A stretch of DNA of 64,000 nt from an uncultured delta proteobacterium (GCA_963708295.1 CAVPSJ010000017.1:32001-96000), one strand, 5' to 3'; counted from the first letter of the stretch, positions 1 through 10,380 are shown. Made by a program: numbers and translations. The notes: a model not told the origin generated them from the letters alone.

Positions 1-1505
1 CTATCTATTTTATGGTTCTGATTTTTGGGGAGGCTTTCAGTATATATCATACTTTTGGGGATCATGTAATTTGGCAAATATTTACTAAGGTGCTTTCTGA
101 TCTCTTTATGGCAATCTCTATCACCTGAGTAAATGAGTCTCAGTTCTTGGATCTTGTCCTTTACGTATAGAGGGATGACGACATTCTCTTTAACAAGCGG
201 TAATAACGACAGAATGTGTTCAATTTCACCCAATTCAATTCTATACCCCATGAACTTTATTTGCTGATCCTTACGGCCATGAATAAAATAGCCCACCTTT
301 GGGCTAAAGGATGCGATGTCACCAGTTCGGTAATACCTTTCTCCTTGGTCGGTAACACCAAAAGCATTTCTCGTCCTCTCTGGATCATTCCAGTATCCGG
401 CACCTACCTGAGGCCCTACAATCAATAGTTCTCCTTTATTCTGCTCATTCGGGAAATCTGTTCTGTCCAAGATGAACCTGTTATTCGCAATAGTAAAACC
501 AATAGGAAACAAATTTTCCTTTACAATTAATGGCCGACTAAAAGTGTGCAGGGCTGTATAGAAGGTGGTCTCTGTCGGTCCATAAGAATTATGGAATCTC
601 GCTTGAGGTAATAAACTCATCATCTTGGTCAAAACGTTGACCGGTATCGATTCTCCGCCAAGATGGATATCCCTCAATTTGACTAATAATTTGGGCTGGA
701 TTAAGTTGCTATCGACCAGCGAACTCAGAGTGGATGGAAGCAAAAACATCTTTGTAATCCCGTAGTCATAGGTAAGCTTCAAAACGTCTCTCGGGAATAA
801 TATCTCCTCAGGATACACCCCTAACGTTCCTCCCGAGCATAGGACTGTTAACATTTCCGCCAGTGCCATATCGAAGCCGTTTGCATTAAGGGTACTCCCT
901 ACTTCCCCAGGTCCATAACCAAAAGTCTGTATTGTATAATTTATTATGTTATACAAATTTCCGTGTGTTATCATTGCTCCTTTAGGCACTCCGGTGGACC
1001 CCGAGGTATATAATATTGAAGCCAAATCTTCTGAAGAAAGCGAAGGGAAATTCTTCATATCCTTCAGTGATTCTTCCCTAAAGCCTATTTTCTCATAGCT
1101 GTTATATCCGTTATCATCAAGATAGACTGCTCTAAACTGATTATTCAACAGTTTTTCACATTCTTGGTAATGTCCAATCGAATGGCGATCGATAAAAACG
1201 TAGAATGGGGCAATATCTTTCACTGTTCTGGCTAGTCTTGTAGACGGCGTCTTTGTTTCCAATGGGACATAGACACCCCCAGCCTGCATAATTCCAATAA
1301 TGGCGGGATACAAATAAATAGACTTGTTCATCATGACAACGACTCTATCACCTTTTTTAATTCCTGATTTTAATAGAAAACCTGATATTGTGCTTGATAG
1401 ATCCTGCAGATCCTTGTAGGTCCACATGTTATCATAAATTCTTATGGCCACGTTTGACTGATAGAGGGAAAAACACTTCTTAATAAGATCCACTAATGTT
1501 TGCAT
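1..1505 (-). CDS. Stand-alone amino-acid adenylation (AMP-binding, DltA/NRPS A-domain-like) protein; 3' end runs off the window
   Basis: Manual translation from ATG at 1505 (MQTLVDLIKK...) gives the A3 motif ILYTSGSTGVPKG, YGPTE, and an A10-like LPKNQNHKIDR at the window edge. Not in the ORF track because there is no stop in the window. Confidence 0.85.
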   Translation of the reverse strand, partial: MQTLVDLIKKCFSLYQSNVAIRIYDNMWTYKDLQDLSSTISGFLLKSGIKKGDRVVVMMNKSIYLYPAIIGIMQAGGVYVPLETKTPSTRLARTVKDIAPFYVFIDRHSIGHYQECEKLLNNQFRAVYLDDNGYNSYEKIGFREESLKDMKNFPSLSSEDLASILYTSGSTGVPKGAMITHGNLYNIINYTIQTFGYGPGEVGSTLNANGFDMALAEMLTVLCSGGTLGVYPEEILFPRDVLKLTYDYGITKMFLLPSTLSSLVDSNLIQPKLLVKLRDIHLGGESIPVNVLTKMMSLLPQARFHNSYGPTETTFYTALHTFSRPLIVKENLFPIGFTIANNRFILDRTDFPNEQNKGELLIVGPQVGAGYWNDPERTRNAFGVTDQGERYYRTGDIASFSPKVGYFIHGRKDQQIKFMGYRIELGEIEHILSLLPLVKENVVIPLYVKDKIQELRLIYSGDRDCHKEIRKHLSKYLPNYMIPKSMIYTESLPKNQNHKID

Positions 1506-1839
1506 ATTCACATCTCCCAATTAAGCATCCGGGCATTTTGGGATGGGCTAAACGGAAAAAGTCATAATGCGAATTTATTCTTCTTTCCCGCAATTGCTCC
1601 TTAGTGAATAAGAGCTTCTCCGCAGGCACTATGGAATCTTCTTTCCAGATCAACTTATCGGGGACGACAAAGATCGCATTTTTATCTTCTACCATTTGGC
1701 CAAACATCGATTTTGCCCATTTGATACCAGATTCAAGTTGGCTTCCTCCCCTTAAACCCCTCCTTCTCTCTGTTAATGTAGCTATAAGCTCGCCTTTCTT
1801 AAGTTCATAATCCTTATAAAAAACTTTATAGATTATCAT
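1480..1839 (-). CDS. Hypothetical protein
   Basis: 119-aa ORF with a GGGGG-like RBS. The C-terminus overlaps the start of the A-domain gene and may be read-through. Confidence 0.5.
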   Translation of the reverse strand: MIIYKVFYKDYELKKGELIATLTERRRGLRGGSQLESGIKWAKSMFGQMVEDKNAIFVVPDKLIWKEDSIVPAEKLLFTKEQLRERRINSHYDFFRLAHPKMPGCLIGRCEYANISGSY

Positions 1840-2084
1840 CTTGCCCCCGACTCATATATTCAGTTCTTCTAAACCAGATATATCGTAAAGGAGCAAAACT
1901 CATACCAAGTAATGCCACTGTGTCCGTTGGGTCCAATTGTTGGAAACAGTTGCTAATTAATGGTAATTTGAATAAATTCTTATAAATTTCGTATTCCCAT
2001 TGATGAAAGCCTAAGTGGAAAAGATGTTCCCAAAAGTTCCGAATCCCTTCCTGATAATGCGGAACCATTCTTGCACCCTTTATT

Positions 2085-2200
2085 GATTTACGATCAAAAT
2101 CTTCTATTTTGAAAGGTGGAAATTGAAAATTACTCTTTCAGGAAATACTAAATGAAATTTTCTTCTGGGTGATTTTGAAGTTTGGCGATTACCGAAGGAA
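2085..2200 (+). repeat. Inter-cassette element copy E1 (partial)
   Basis: GATTTACGATCAAAATCTTCTAT...CTCTTTCAGGAAATACTAAATGAAATTT shares blocks with the copies at 7885, 13612 and 15899. Confidence 0.75.
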
Positions 2201-2207
2201 ATAAACA

Positions 2208-2240
2208 AAAAAGGCAGGACCATCCCTAGTCCTGCCCTTT
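2208..2240 (-). terminator. Intrinsic terminator of the 2268-2537 gene
   Basis: GGCAGGAC/GTCCTGCC stem preceded by an A-run on + (U-run on -). Confidence 0.65.
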
Positions 2241-2267
2241 AGCAGCCGTCTCCCTTTTCATTCGTTA

Positions 2268-2537
2268 CTATTTTCTTATGCGCTCAAAGCAAATGACCCC
2301 ATTTGAACCCACTATGTGTTGTGTGGTGAATTCAGATATGTAGAACACTTGCCAACCATCATACCCTTGTAATATTCTCTTCAGTTCATTGGCGTCTCTC
2401 ATATCACAAGGTTCACATCGTGTTTGGACGTCACCACCTTCCAGTCTTGACTGGCGAAGACTCGAAGTGACATTAGCACCAGCACAGCCCATGACAGCAA
2501 CACATAATAACGAAACGGCAATTAGTAATCTCTTCAT
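2268..2537 (-). CDS. Small lipoprotein, hypothetical
   Basis: MKRLLIAVSLLCVAVMGC lipobox, AGGAG RBS, TTGACA -35 at 2634-2639. Confidence 0.75.
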   Translation of the reverse strand: MKRLLIAVSLLCVAVMGCAGANVTSSLRQSRLEGGDVQTRCEPCDMRDANELKRILQGYDGWQVFYISEFTTQHIVGSNGVICFERIRK

Positions 2538-2662
2538 TTTTTTCTCCTCCTTTTCTTAGGTTTTACGAATTTCTCCTCTCGTAACTGCTTGGTATGATGA
2601 CTGGCTTCATCTGATACACAAAATCCAACGATGTGTCAATAAGAAAATTAGGGGTCACATGC

Positions 2663-2862
2663 CATTATGTGGAAATCTGTTTCTAATGGTTTAAAGAGAT
2701 TGAATAGAGGAAGACAAATCGTGCTGTTGCCTCCAAGTTTATTTAAAACTCCCCGATTCTATCTTCATTTTATTGATAGTAAAATTTGGCGAGCACACCT
2801 ACTTATCTGCGAAGCGAGCCAACCTCGAACCTTGATGATTACGGAAAGAAACGAAGTATAAC
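2663..2862 (+). repeat. Inter-cassette element copy E2, ending in an attC-like half site
   Basis: TTGATAGTAAAATTTGGCGAGCACACCTAC (35 bp start to start) TTGATGATTACGG...GTATAAC, followed by GCCGGAGTTAATCTGC. Confidence 0.8.
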
Positions 2863-2931
2863 GCCGGAGTTAATCTGCCCGCCGCCACATTCAGTAGACG
2901 ACAAGATTTCTCCTTTCTATTCAGAAGGACT

Positions 2932-3378
2932 TTATAGGCCCACCGGCATGTCGTAAGGATGCGGACGGCCTTTGCCCGTCTCGACAAATTCCTTGAGGCT
3001 AAGCAGGAAAAGCACCCAGTGCATCGAGGACTGAGGGAACACTTTGGCATCCTCGCGCCATTTTGAGTGGCGAAGGTGAAGAAACGTTTTGTCGCCTTCG
3101 CGGAAGATTTTCCATTCAATTTCGGTGTTGACCCAATCAGGATCGCTCCGCTCAGTTGCGCGCCACCGCACGAGTTCATCAACCTTCAGAGTGGTTACAA
3201 CCATCTCCTTTAACAATTTCCCATAAAACCAGAATTCCAATTTCTTCCCGACGGCAGATTCCCCCCGCGTCTCGGTGGTCCACCAATGCGCAAGCTTTTT
3301 CACATCGGTTAACGCTTGGTAAAGCTCGCCTGGGGAAGCTTTGATAATAATTTCATGCCAGATTTCACGATATGCCAT
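2932..3378 (-). CDS. SRPBCC/AHSA1 (START-like) domain protein
   Basis: HEIIIKASPGELYQALT...LAHWW...W..FL.SLKEFVETGKGRP is typical of AHSA1. GGAGG RBS. Confidence 0.85.
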   Translation of the reverse strand: MAYREIWHEIIIKASPGELYQALTDVKKLAHWWTTETRGESAVGKKLEFWFYGKLLKEMVVTTLKVDELVRWRATERSDPDWVNTEIEWKIFREGDKTFLHLRHSKWREDAKVFPQSSMHWVLFLLSLKEFVETGKGRPHPYDMPVGL

Positions 3379-3544
3379 TGAAAACACCTCCTTTGGTTTA
3401 CCGCACTTTCCTTTTAAATTCCCGACCGCTTAATAAGAAAATGTCCATACTACTCCGAAAAATCAAGTATGACAATTCAATAGTATCCTATTGTTAAAAG
3501 CGCTCCCAACTCGATTTCAGATTTCTTCATGAAATTATACCATT

Positions 3545-3700
3545 GATTCACGCTTGAAAATGTTGTATCGAAGACTGAAAATTAGAAAACAAGACTTCAG
3601 GAAGTTATCTTCGGAAAAAGGGATGCGGATAACACCTACGAATGTTCGCTCCAAGGTATCTCGGATGGTTAGCGATTACGGATAGAAATCTTTATGAATA
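3545..3700 (+). repeat. Inter-cassette element copy E3 (complete A-B-C-D)
   Basis: TGAAAATGTTGTAT, TTCAGGAAG 41 bp later, ACACCTAC, TTAGCGATTACGG 35 bp later. Confidence 0.8.
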
Positions 3701-3764
3701 AAAGGCAGGGCATCATTCCTCACTTTATGCCTTTGGGTTATGACACCAATCTATTTCTTTCCTG

Positions 3765-5063
3765 CTATTGAGGAGGCTTGATCTCTCTTTTCAGTTCATC
3801 CAACCAGTACCCGTTCTTGTGGTCATACGTTCTTACCACGACCTTGTCAGGATAAAGATACAAGGAGTTAGTCCAAAGATTATGGTGGACTTTCCCACCA
3901 GAATGATTTTCCGCCATAATGCTTGCCCCCGTCATGTCAGGGTTTGGAATAACGACGACCCGTCGTTCGTACTGATTAATCTTATGATTAAAACTCTCAT
4001 GGGTCGGTGCAATATGGACGTGGCCTGATACCCAAAGAAATATCTGAGGATTGTCTTGAATAACGTTATGAATCTTCCTCCGTGGCTGGGCGATACCAGA
4101 CTTGTCGTCGTCAATGAATAAAGTATTACCAATTTTAAAATTACCCCGCAAGGTCCCCTTTAATGGTGCATGAAAGAAAATGATTGTAGGAACGTCTTTG
4201 TTCTTCTTTAGCTCTGACTGCCACCAATCAATCTGCTTTCCTGACATTTCACAAACATTGTCTGAGTATAGGTCGTCCACTGACAAAAAGATAAGATGGT
4301 AGGGGCCGACTCTTTTGCTGTAAAAAATCTCCTGCAATGAAAAGGTTTCTTTGAACCGTTCGAGTTTTCTTTTCCGGATGGAGTAATTGGCAGATACTCT
4401 TTTTCCTGGGGAATTATCTTCATAATGATAATCATGGTTTCCAACGATTGGGTAAAAGGGCTTTTTTAACTGGCTCAGAAATTTCTTGGCATAAGCGTAT
4501 TCTTCAATAGTTCCATGCTCCTCACATATATCTCCCGTAGCCACAGCCATATCTACGTCAGGCCAGGAATTGATGTCTTCGATTGCCTTTTCCTTCATTG
4601 TGGCGTTTTTTCCGGGAAGGTGAAGGTCAGAGAGAACAACAATCCGGTGATAGTTTTTCTCTTTCGATTCCGGTTGGCTCACCAATTTTATTTCGCCCGA
4701 AAGGCTGCTACTTTCGTTGCCATCTTTATCTTTCACCCAAATCTTCACAATCCGATAGGGTTTATGTTCCTGTGAAATCACTTTCCATCGGAGGGGGATC
4801 AGTCCCTTTTGTTTCTCTTTGATATCTGGCCGGATTGGATATTCGACAACATCTTTTTTCATCTCACCGTTTTGGGTTTCCCAGGTGTTCTCAATAAAAG
4901 CCTTGTCAACGTTCCCCTCAAATTCAACGGTGATAGTAAACCATTCTCCTATGACCACAGGATCTGTTAAGAACCGTAGATTGGATATCTTGGGGAGTTC
5001 AGCCTGAGCCTGCACAAAGGTACTTAATAGCAATATCAGAGCAAAAAAGATCGTCCTTTTCAT
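3765..5063 (-). CDS. Secreted calcineurin-like metallophosphoesterase with an N-terminal beta-rich domain
   Basis: Signal peptide MKRTIFF...AQA; motifs DLH, GD, GNHD, FHAP, SGHVH. Confidence 0.85.
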   Translation of the reverse strand: MKRTIFFALILLLSTFVQAQAELPKISNLRFLTDPVVIGEWFTITVEFEGNVDKAFIENTWETQNGEMKKDVVEYPIRPDIKEKQKGLIPLRWKVISQEHKPYRIVKIWVKDKDGNESSSLSGEIKLVSQPESKEKNYHRIVVLSDLHLPGKNATMKEKAIEDINSWPDVDMAVATGDICEEHGTIEEYAYAKKFLSQLKKPFYPIVGNHDYHYEDNSPGKRVSANYSIRKRKLERFKETFSLQEIFYSKRVGPYHLIFLSVDDLYSDNVCEMSGKQIDWWQSELKKNKDVPTIIFFHAPLKGTLRGNFKIGNTLFIDDDKSGIAQPRRKIHNVIQDNPQIFLWVSGHVHIAPTHESFNHKINQYERRVVVIPNPDMTGASIMAENHSGGKVHHNLWTNSLYLYPDKVVVRTYDHKNGYWLDELKREIKPPQ

Positions 5064-5226
5064 TTCATCCGACCTCCAGATTCGATTCAACATGGTTACT
5101 AAAGCGAGCATTGATTTGGTTTTTCGAGTGAGTCACTTTGGGTAATTTGAATATCAAAATATATTGGACTTGTCAAATATAGAATTCGGTTAGGTTTAAC
5201 CATGGAAGACGGCACTCGAAATCATT

Positions 5227-5410
5227 GAATACCGGTTGAAATGTTGCAATATACTGTGAAATTGGAAAATCACTCTTTCAGGAAGGAGGCCTTGAAAAGG
5301 GGATTACTTGTTTGACCTACTACATTGCAATGGGGAGACGATCTGGGAGTTGATGATTTCCGTTAGAAAGAAAGTATAACGGACTACTAAGCCGCGTTGG
5401 CTCGAGCGGC
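5227..5410 (+). repeat. Inter-cassette element copy E4 plus attC-like relic
   Basis: Full block order with 41-bp and 35-bp spacings. Ends GTATAAC-GGACTAC-TAAGCCGC...GCGGC. Confidence 0.8.
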
Positions 5411-5479
5411 GAGTTAGATTCATCTCTGCCGTATTTAGTTTGTATCGGTGTTTGGATCCTTTCCTCGGCGTGTTTTCCC

Positions 5480-6373
5480 CTATCGCTTCCCCGGGTCCTC
5501 AATGGCTTTTAAGAATTTGGACTGGAGCTCCGGATCATTCAGGTCCAAGATACCCCAGATCAATCTTCCCTTCCAGAAAAGGTCTACGTCTCCATGGTAG
5601 CGATCCTTCAACCGGTAGGCCCCCTCGGAGACTGTCTTCCCCTCGTTTCCGGTCTGCTTAAGGTATTTTTCCATCATCCCGCGGCAATCCCCCGCATCCT
5701 TGCCCTCGATCACAAAGATCTTGAATTTCTTGTCGCCGACTTCGTAGTCGGCCGTGTAACCGGAATGGAGATAGGAGTACCCCAGGAAGTCTTTGGAAAC
5801 GAACTTTTCCGTGTTCTTCTTCATGCCTTCCCGCGGAAACGAGGAGAGGATCTTGGGAAGGGCAGATTTCCCGCCCAGAATCCCCTCCATCTTCCGACCG
5901 AAGGCGAGCATGGTCCGCTCATCCTCCGCCCCGGTGTTGTATCCGTTGATCTTCACGTAGTAGGGGCCGACCACGAAATTCAGGACGTTCGGCTCCTGAT
6001 AGCCCTGAGCCCCGATGTCCAGAAACCTGGCGTTGGCCAGCCGCTCCTGGCTGTAGATCCCAAAGGCCTGGGTGGAATCGCCGTGTCGGTACACTTCGAC
6101 CGTCACCGCGGCTTTCCCTTCCCCTTTATACTCCGCCACGTTCAGATCCTGGAATTCATAGGTCAGGTAGAGGTCCGCCGCCCCATTGATGTATTCATAG
6201 AGCGTCCGGGGGGAGAAGACCTGGGGTTCTCCATCCTGCTTCCACCCGCCCACTTCCGGGAAGACGAGGGTCTTCTCATCCCCCATCGCTGCCCCCTCCC
6301 AAAGAGTGCCCCCCAACAACCAAAATAGGAAGAGGAGCAGGCGGAATGTGCTCTTCGATTTTAGCCCGTTCAT
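5480..6373 (-). CDS. Exported protein, DUF6599-like
   Basis: LYEYINGAADLYLTY and AFGIYSQER motifs, signal peptide; commonly found next to Tat aldo/keto reductases. Confidence 0.7.
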   Translation of the reverse strand: MNGLKSKSTFRLLLFLFWLLGGTLWEGAAMGDEKTLVFPEVGGWKQDGEPQVFSPRTLYEYINGAADLYLTYEFQDLNVAEYKGEGKAAVTVEVYRHGDSTQAFGIYSQERLANARFLDIGAQGYQEPNVLNFVVGPYYVKINGYNTGAEDERTMLAFGRKMEGILGGKSALPKILSSFPREGMKKNTEKFVSKDFLGYSYLHSGYTADYEVGDKKFKIFVIEGKDAGDCRGMMEKYLKQTGNEGKTVSEGAYRLKDRYHGDVDLFWKGRLIWGILDLNDPELQSKFLKAIEDPGKR

Positions 6374-6397
6374 ACTCTTTCCCTTTCTTCCTCCCGA

Positions 6398-7603
6398 TCA
6401 GGCGATAAATTCAGAGGGAACGTCCCGGAGGCGGACGATGTTCCGCAGCCGCTCGGAAACATTCCACTGGTTCAAGCACTTGACCGGGCACGAACCGCAG
6501 TCCCCGCAGGGATTCGCGGGAAGGTTCAGGGAGGACAGCAGATCCTGGGCCTCGACCAGATTCCGGTACCCGTAGAGGTACATGTAGGCTCTCATCAGGT
6601 CCGGAATCGGGAGTTGCTTCACGCAGGCGGTGAGACAGGTTCCGCACCCCTGGCAGTACAGACCCGACTGGAGGGCGGCCAACCGGAGGTTCTCCTTCTC
6701 GGCCTTTGAGAGGGAGAAATCTCTCAGGACCTTCACATCCACCTCCAGTTGATCAAAAGTGGTGAATCCGGTGATGATGGTATGAACGTTGGCGTCCTGC
6801 AGGGCCCACTTGAGGCACGCCGGCGCGTCGATCTGCGTGTTATGGTAGGAGCCCCCTACGTTGCCCCCGATGGTCTTCATGGCGATGACCCCCAGCCCCG
6901 CCTCTGCCGCCCGGGCAATGGCTTTCTTGACCTCTTCGCCATGCTTCTGCCTGAAATTGTAGGCCGGCAGAACCACGTCATAGACCTTGGAGTCCACCGC
7001 GGCATTGATGATCTCGGGTTCATTCCGGTGGGTGGTAATTCCGATGAAGCGGATCTTGCCCGCTTTCTTGGCTTTCACCAAAGCGTTCAAAACCGGCTCA
7101 TAGAGAGCGGTCTCCTTCACCCAAACTCCGTGGTGGTGGTAGATGTCTATATAATCCAGCCCCAGGCTCCTGAGGCTGGTATCGATCTTCTGGGCGTAGG
7201 CTTCTTCCGTGGCTTCTTCCGTGTAGAGGCCGGTCGTCTGGTTAATGGCGAGGCGGGCTTTGGTGGCGATGGCGAAGGAATCCCGGGGACGGCCCTTGAG
7301 AACTTCGCCGATCATGGATTCATTCGTGCCCCGCTGGTAGGTTTGAGCGGTATCCAGGTAGTACAAGCCGTTACTCAAGGCCGCACGAACGAGCGCCGGA
7401 TTACTGGTATTCATGACCCCCATGGTGATGACCGGGAGTTTCATCCCTGTCTTTCCCAGGGTACGGTAGGTGATTTTCTCTTCTTTCTTCTCCTGGCCTT
7501 TCGCCGGCGAGCTCTTTTCGTTGGCGCCGAGATAGACGAATCCTCCCAACCCGGCGGCCGTGGACTTCAAGAAATCCCTTCTGCCCATTCCCTTCTTGCT
7601 CAT
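6398..7603 (-). CDS. Tat-signal aldo/keto reductase with a C-terminal Fe-S binding domain
   Basis: GRRDFLK twin-Arg motif, YRTLGKTG, LDTAQTY, C-terminal CQGCGTC...C and CGDCGSC...C. Confidence 0.9.
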   Translation of the reverse strand: MSKKGMGRRDFLKSTAAGLGGFVYLGANEKSSPAKGQEKKEEKITYRTLGKTGMKLPVITMGVMNTSNPALVRAALSNGLYYLDTAQTYQRGTNESMIGEVLKGRPRDSFAIATKARLAINQTTGLYTEEATEEAYAQKIDTSLRSLGLDYIDIYHHHGVWVKETALYEPVLNALVKAKKAGKIRFIGITTHRNEPEIINAAVDSKVYDVVLPAYNFRQKHGEEVKKAIARAAEAGLGVIAMKTIGGNVGGSYHNTQIDAPACLKWALQDANVHTIITGFTTFDQLEVDVKVLRDFSLSKAEKENLRLAALQSGLYCQGCGTCLTACVKQLPIPDLMRAYMYLYGYRNLVEAQDLLSSLNLPANPCGDCGSCPVKCLNQWNVSERLRNIVRLRDVPSEFIA

Positions 7604-7884
7604 CCCTGAACCCTCCATTCCCTTCCAGGCGATTACCCGGCCCTAAGGCCGGCTGGACCTCCACTTATAAAAAAAGAAAAACCCTTCCCCGTGTTAAAAA
7701 AGATGCCTTTACCGATCTTCGGATGTGCCCAAGGAAGCAAATCCGAAGATTGCTGACAGGGATTCAAAATGATCGCTTAAAGAATAATTTAACACTACCC
7801 CTCTCTTCTATCAAGGCATTATCTGGCCCCTTCAAGAGAAGAATGTCGCGCGGAGGAAAGTCTTAGGCCAGTATTCGAGATAAG

Positions 7885-7997
7885 GATTACCAAAATGAAA
7901 TCTTGTATCATGGTCGAAGTCTGTCAGCCAACGATTACAGGAAATACTAAATGGAATTTCCTTTTTGAGATATTTGGAGCAGGTTGATAGTAAAATC
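7885..7997 (+). repeat. Inter-cassette element copy E5, fused to the 3' end of the PIG-L-like gene
   Basis: GATTACCAAAATGAAATCTTGTAT, TACAGGAAATACTAAATGG 41 bp later, ...GAGCAGGTTGATAGTAAAAT. Confidence 0.8.
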
Positions 7998-8763
7998 CGG
8001 TCCAGAGGGTTGACGCCCAGTTCAGGAAAGTCGCCGTAAGCTCAGGGGTGGAAGCGACGGGTCGGTGCGCCTGATAGGCTTCTCGGACCGACCGGAAAGT
8101 CTTCGGATCGAAGTATCCCTCGATCGTGGGAAGCCCGAGCTCGCTTGCCACGTGCACCTGCCGTGATTGGCCGTCGGCGTCGCGTAGCACCCGGATACCA
8201 GGAGCCCAGACGTCGAAGCCCGTTTCCACTGCCCGCTTTCTCACCGCGATGTTGACTAGGCGATGCTGCACATGGCCGTATTCCCCCCAATTGTTGTGTG
8301 TGATCACACGTTTGATCGGTGGCGCAAAGTAGGGTCGAAGGTGAGGCTTGATGGTCGCCAAGTTAACAATTGGGGCACGCTTGCAGAAATCAGTGAAGAC
8401 CTCGGCCCAAATGTCGTTGTCGACGGACCCCCAGATAGGAGTCCATCGCACGCGATAATTAAGCTCTGCGGGGAGGCTCTGGACGAGATCCTGAAATACT
8501 GGCGCGGCGGGGTAAGCTGCAAGAAGAAACTTGGTTGCAACGGGCCAGAATGGTAACATCCAGAGCACGTCGTCGTCCTGGTGGGCAAAGACAACGAGGG
8601 TCTGGCCATCGCTGAAGATCGCGACTGACTCTTGACCTCCATCTGTTGCGCGGAGTGTGCTCTGAGCAGATTTAGGTTTATAGTCTTTATGAGTGGAAGC
8701 ACATCCAAATAAAAAAACTGAAATGGAAATAAGCAATATCATGAGAAGCAATTTTTTATACAT
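7924..8763 (-). CDS. Lipoprotein with a PIG-L/LmbE-like deacetylase domain, 3'-truncated
   Basis: Lipobox LFGC; AHQDDD and THNNWGEYGHVQH motifs; the last ~24 codons come from element E5. Confidence 0.7.
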   Translation of the reverse strand: MYKKLLLMILLISISVFLFGCASTHKDYKPKSAQSTLRATDGGQESVAIFSDGQTLVVFAHQDDDVLWMLPFWPVATKFLLAAYPAAPVFQDLVQSLPAELNYRVRWTPIWGSVDNDIWAEVFTDFCKRAPIVNLATIKPHLRPYFAPPIKRVITHNNWGEYGHVQHRLVNIAVRKRAVETGFDVWAPGIRVLRDADGQSRQVHVASELGLPTIEGYFDPKTFRSVREAYQAHRPVASTPELTATFLNWASTLWTGFYYQPAPNISKRKFHLVFPVIVG

Positions 8764-8880
8764 ATTAACCTCTTTTTCTATATTGAAGGTATGGTTTCGG
8801 ATCGAATAGGCTTTGAGTTATCAATAATTTCCTTCTTCAGTAATTGTATCAGTTAAATTCGCAGCCACAATCTTTATCAC

Positions 8881-10269
8881 TCAAAAACCGGCAACATCAC
8901 CGACACCACTACGAAGTGAGAACCATGCAAGCTGGAGAAACGTGTCGTCTGGCTTCCGTGTGTATTTCACTTCACCGATTTTCATTGAGCCCGATTTGTC
9001 CAACATATTCGTCCCGCGGATCTTCCAGGCGTTGACGATATAAGAGCTGATCCGGTTGGAGGCGCCCCTTTCGCTTCCCGTAAGGCTGTTGCGAACTGCG
9101 ACGGCCAGATCCTTATATATCACCCGCACCGTACCGCTTGCACGGCCTGCAGTCACATTGACATCAAATGTTGCATTTTGAAGGATACCGGATTTGATAC
9201 GCAAGCTTTCGCCAACTTCAAGGAAGGAATTGAGTCTGGTCAAGTCCATGAGATCCAGTGAGCCCGAGTATCGGAACGAGATGTCAGGGGATGCGACCGG
9301 AATAACCATGAGGATTTTCATCGTACTGGTCTTCATAAAGTTCCCCTGCGCGTGAACGACTGCAGTAGCAGCAGGGGCGGCATGATTGGTAATCCCTTCT
9401 GCCAACATCTGTATTGAATCAAACGTCACCTCGGCTGGCGCCGAGCCGATGATATACCTCTCTGCGTACTTCAACCGCCCATTCATGATGTTCAGGCTAT
9501 CGACCTGTGTAATTTTCTTTATCGATGAAAGAGCTTCGTTCGGCATCAGGGGTTTTGAAGCGTTCATGTTGTAGGGCGTGTCCATGTTGACCAAAATATC
9601 GAAGGACGCATCGTTGACTTTCACCGAATGAGCACGGTAGGTCTTCCCTTGCAGCAGTCCGAGACAGTCCGCACCCGTTACTCTGCTTTGAGGAAGAACG
9701 ATCCGGAATCGGGTCCTTCTGAACTTGCTACCTGCAAAGAATTTATCATCTTCGACCAAGGGATGAAGCTCCAATGCCTCAGCCAATATCTCTGAATCTG
9801 GTACCGATACACGCAGCCGTGCACACCGAAGTTCATACTGTGACTGCCGAAAGTTCAGCGCAATTTCTCGTGCCTCTGCAACGGAGCCGTTAAAGTCTTT
9901 AGGAGCAATATCTCCTCGCCCAAGAATCTGCAGCCAACCCATCCCGCTCACAGAGAACTTAGCAATACTGCACGAAAAGGTAGAATCAATCGACGTTAGT
10001 GCTATGGAGTCGCATCCGATGCGGTTCTTCCATATACTGTAATGCACGCCTGCAATCCGTATCGAGTATGCTGGATACGCTCTCGTGAATGCCTTTATGA
10101 TTTGGTTTTTGAGGTACCCGTTGATATATGTACCAGGAAAGAAAAGCAGTACCAGCGCACAAATGAGTACAACGACCCCGACAGCAAGGCCGGCATACGC
10201 CGTGACTTTTCGCAGTGACAGCTTACTCCGGTTGGCCGGTCCATGATTCATCGGCATCGGTATCATCAA
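8881..10269 (-). CDS. Membrane-anchored AsmA/DUF748-like protein
   Basis: Single N-terminal TM helix, beta-rich body, C-terminal YTRKPDDTFLQLAWFSL. Confidence 0.6.
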   Translation of the reverse strand: MMIPMPMNHGPANRSKLSLRKVTAYAGLAVGVVVLICALVLLFFPGTYINGYLKNQIIKAFTRAYPAYSIRIAGVHYSIWKNRIGCDSIALTSIDSTFSCSIAKFSVSGMGWLQILGRGDIAPKDFNGSVAEAREIALNFRQSQYELRCARLRVSVPDSEILAEALELHPLVEDDKFFAGSKFRRTRFRIVLPQSRVTGADCLGLLQGKTYRAHSVKVNDASFDILVNMDTPYNMNASKPLMPNEALSSIKKITQVDSLNIMNGRLKYAERYIIGSAPAEVTFDSIQMLAEGITNHAAPAATAVVHAQGNFMKTSTMKILMVIPVASPDISFRYSGSLDLMDLTRLNSFLEVGESLRIKSGILQNATFDVNVTAGRASGTVRVIYKDLAVAVRNSLTGSERGASNRISSYIVNAWKIRGTNMLDKSGSMKIGEVKYTRKPDDTFLQLAWFSLRSGVGDVAGF

Positions 10270-10380
10270 CCTTCTTTCTTTTTTTCGGTACCCACATAGA
10301 CCTTTTAATGGACGACCGTTGATAAGAACTCGCTTTTGGATGAATTAAGAATATAAAAGAGGGAGCTGTATGTCAATAAA

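Noticed and set aside
2667-2861. Small ORFs over the elements (2667-2861, 16010-16273, 18080-18286) sharing LMIT-type peptides
   Set aside because: Other copies have stops and frame-breaking length differences, so the peptide similarity just reflects the DNA repeat.
5594-7609. Long antisense ORFs (5594-6328, 6749-7609; also 40511-41569, 58060-58902)
   Set aside because: These are shadows of well-supported genes on the opposite strand.
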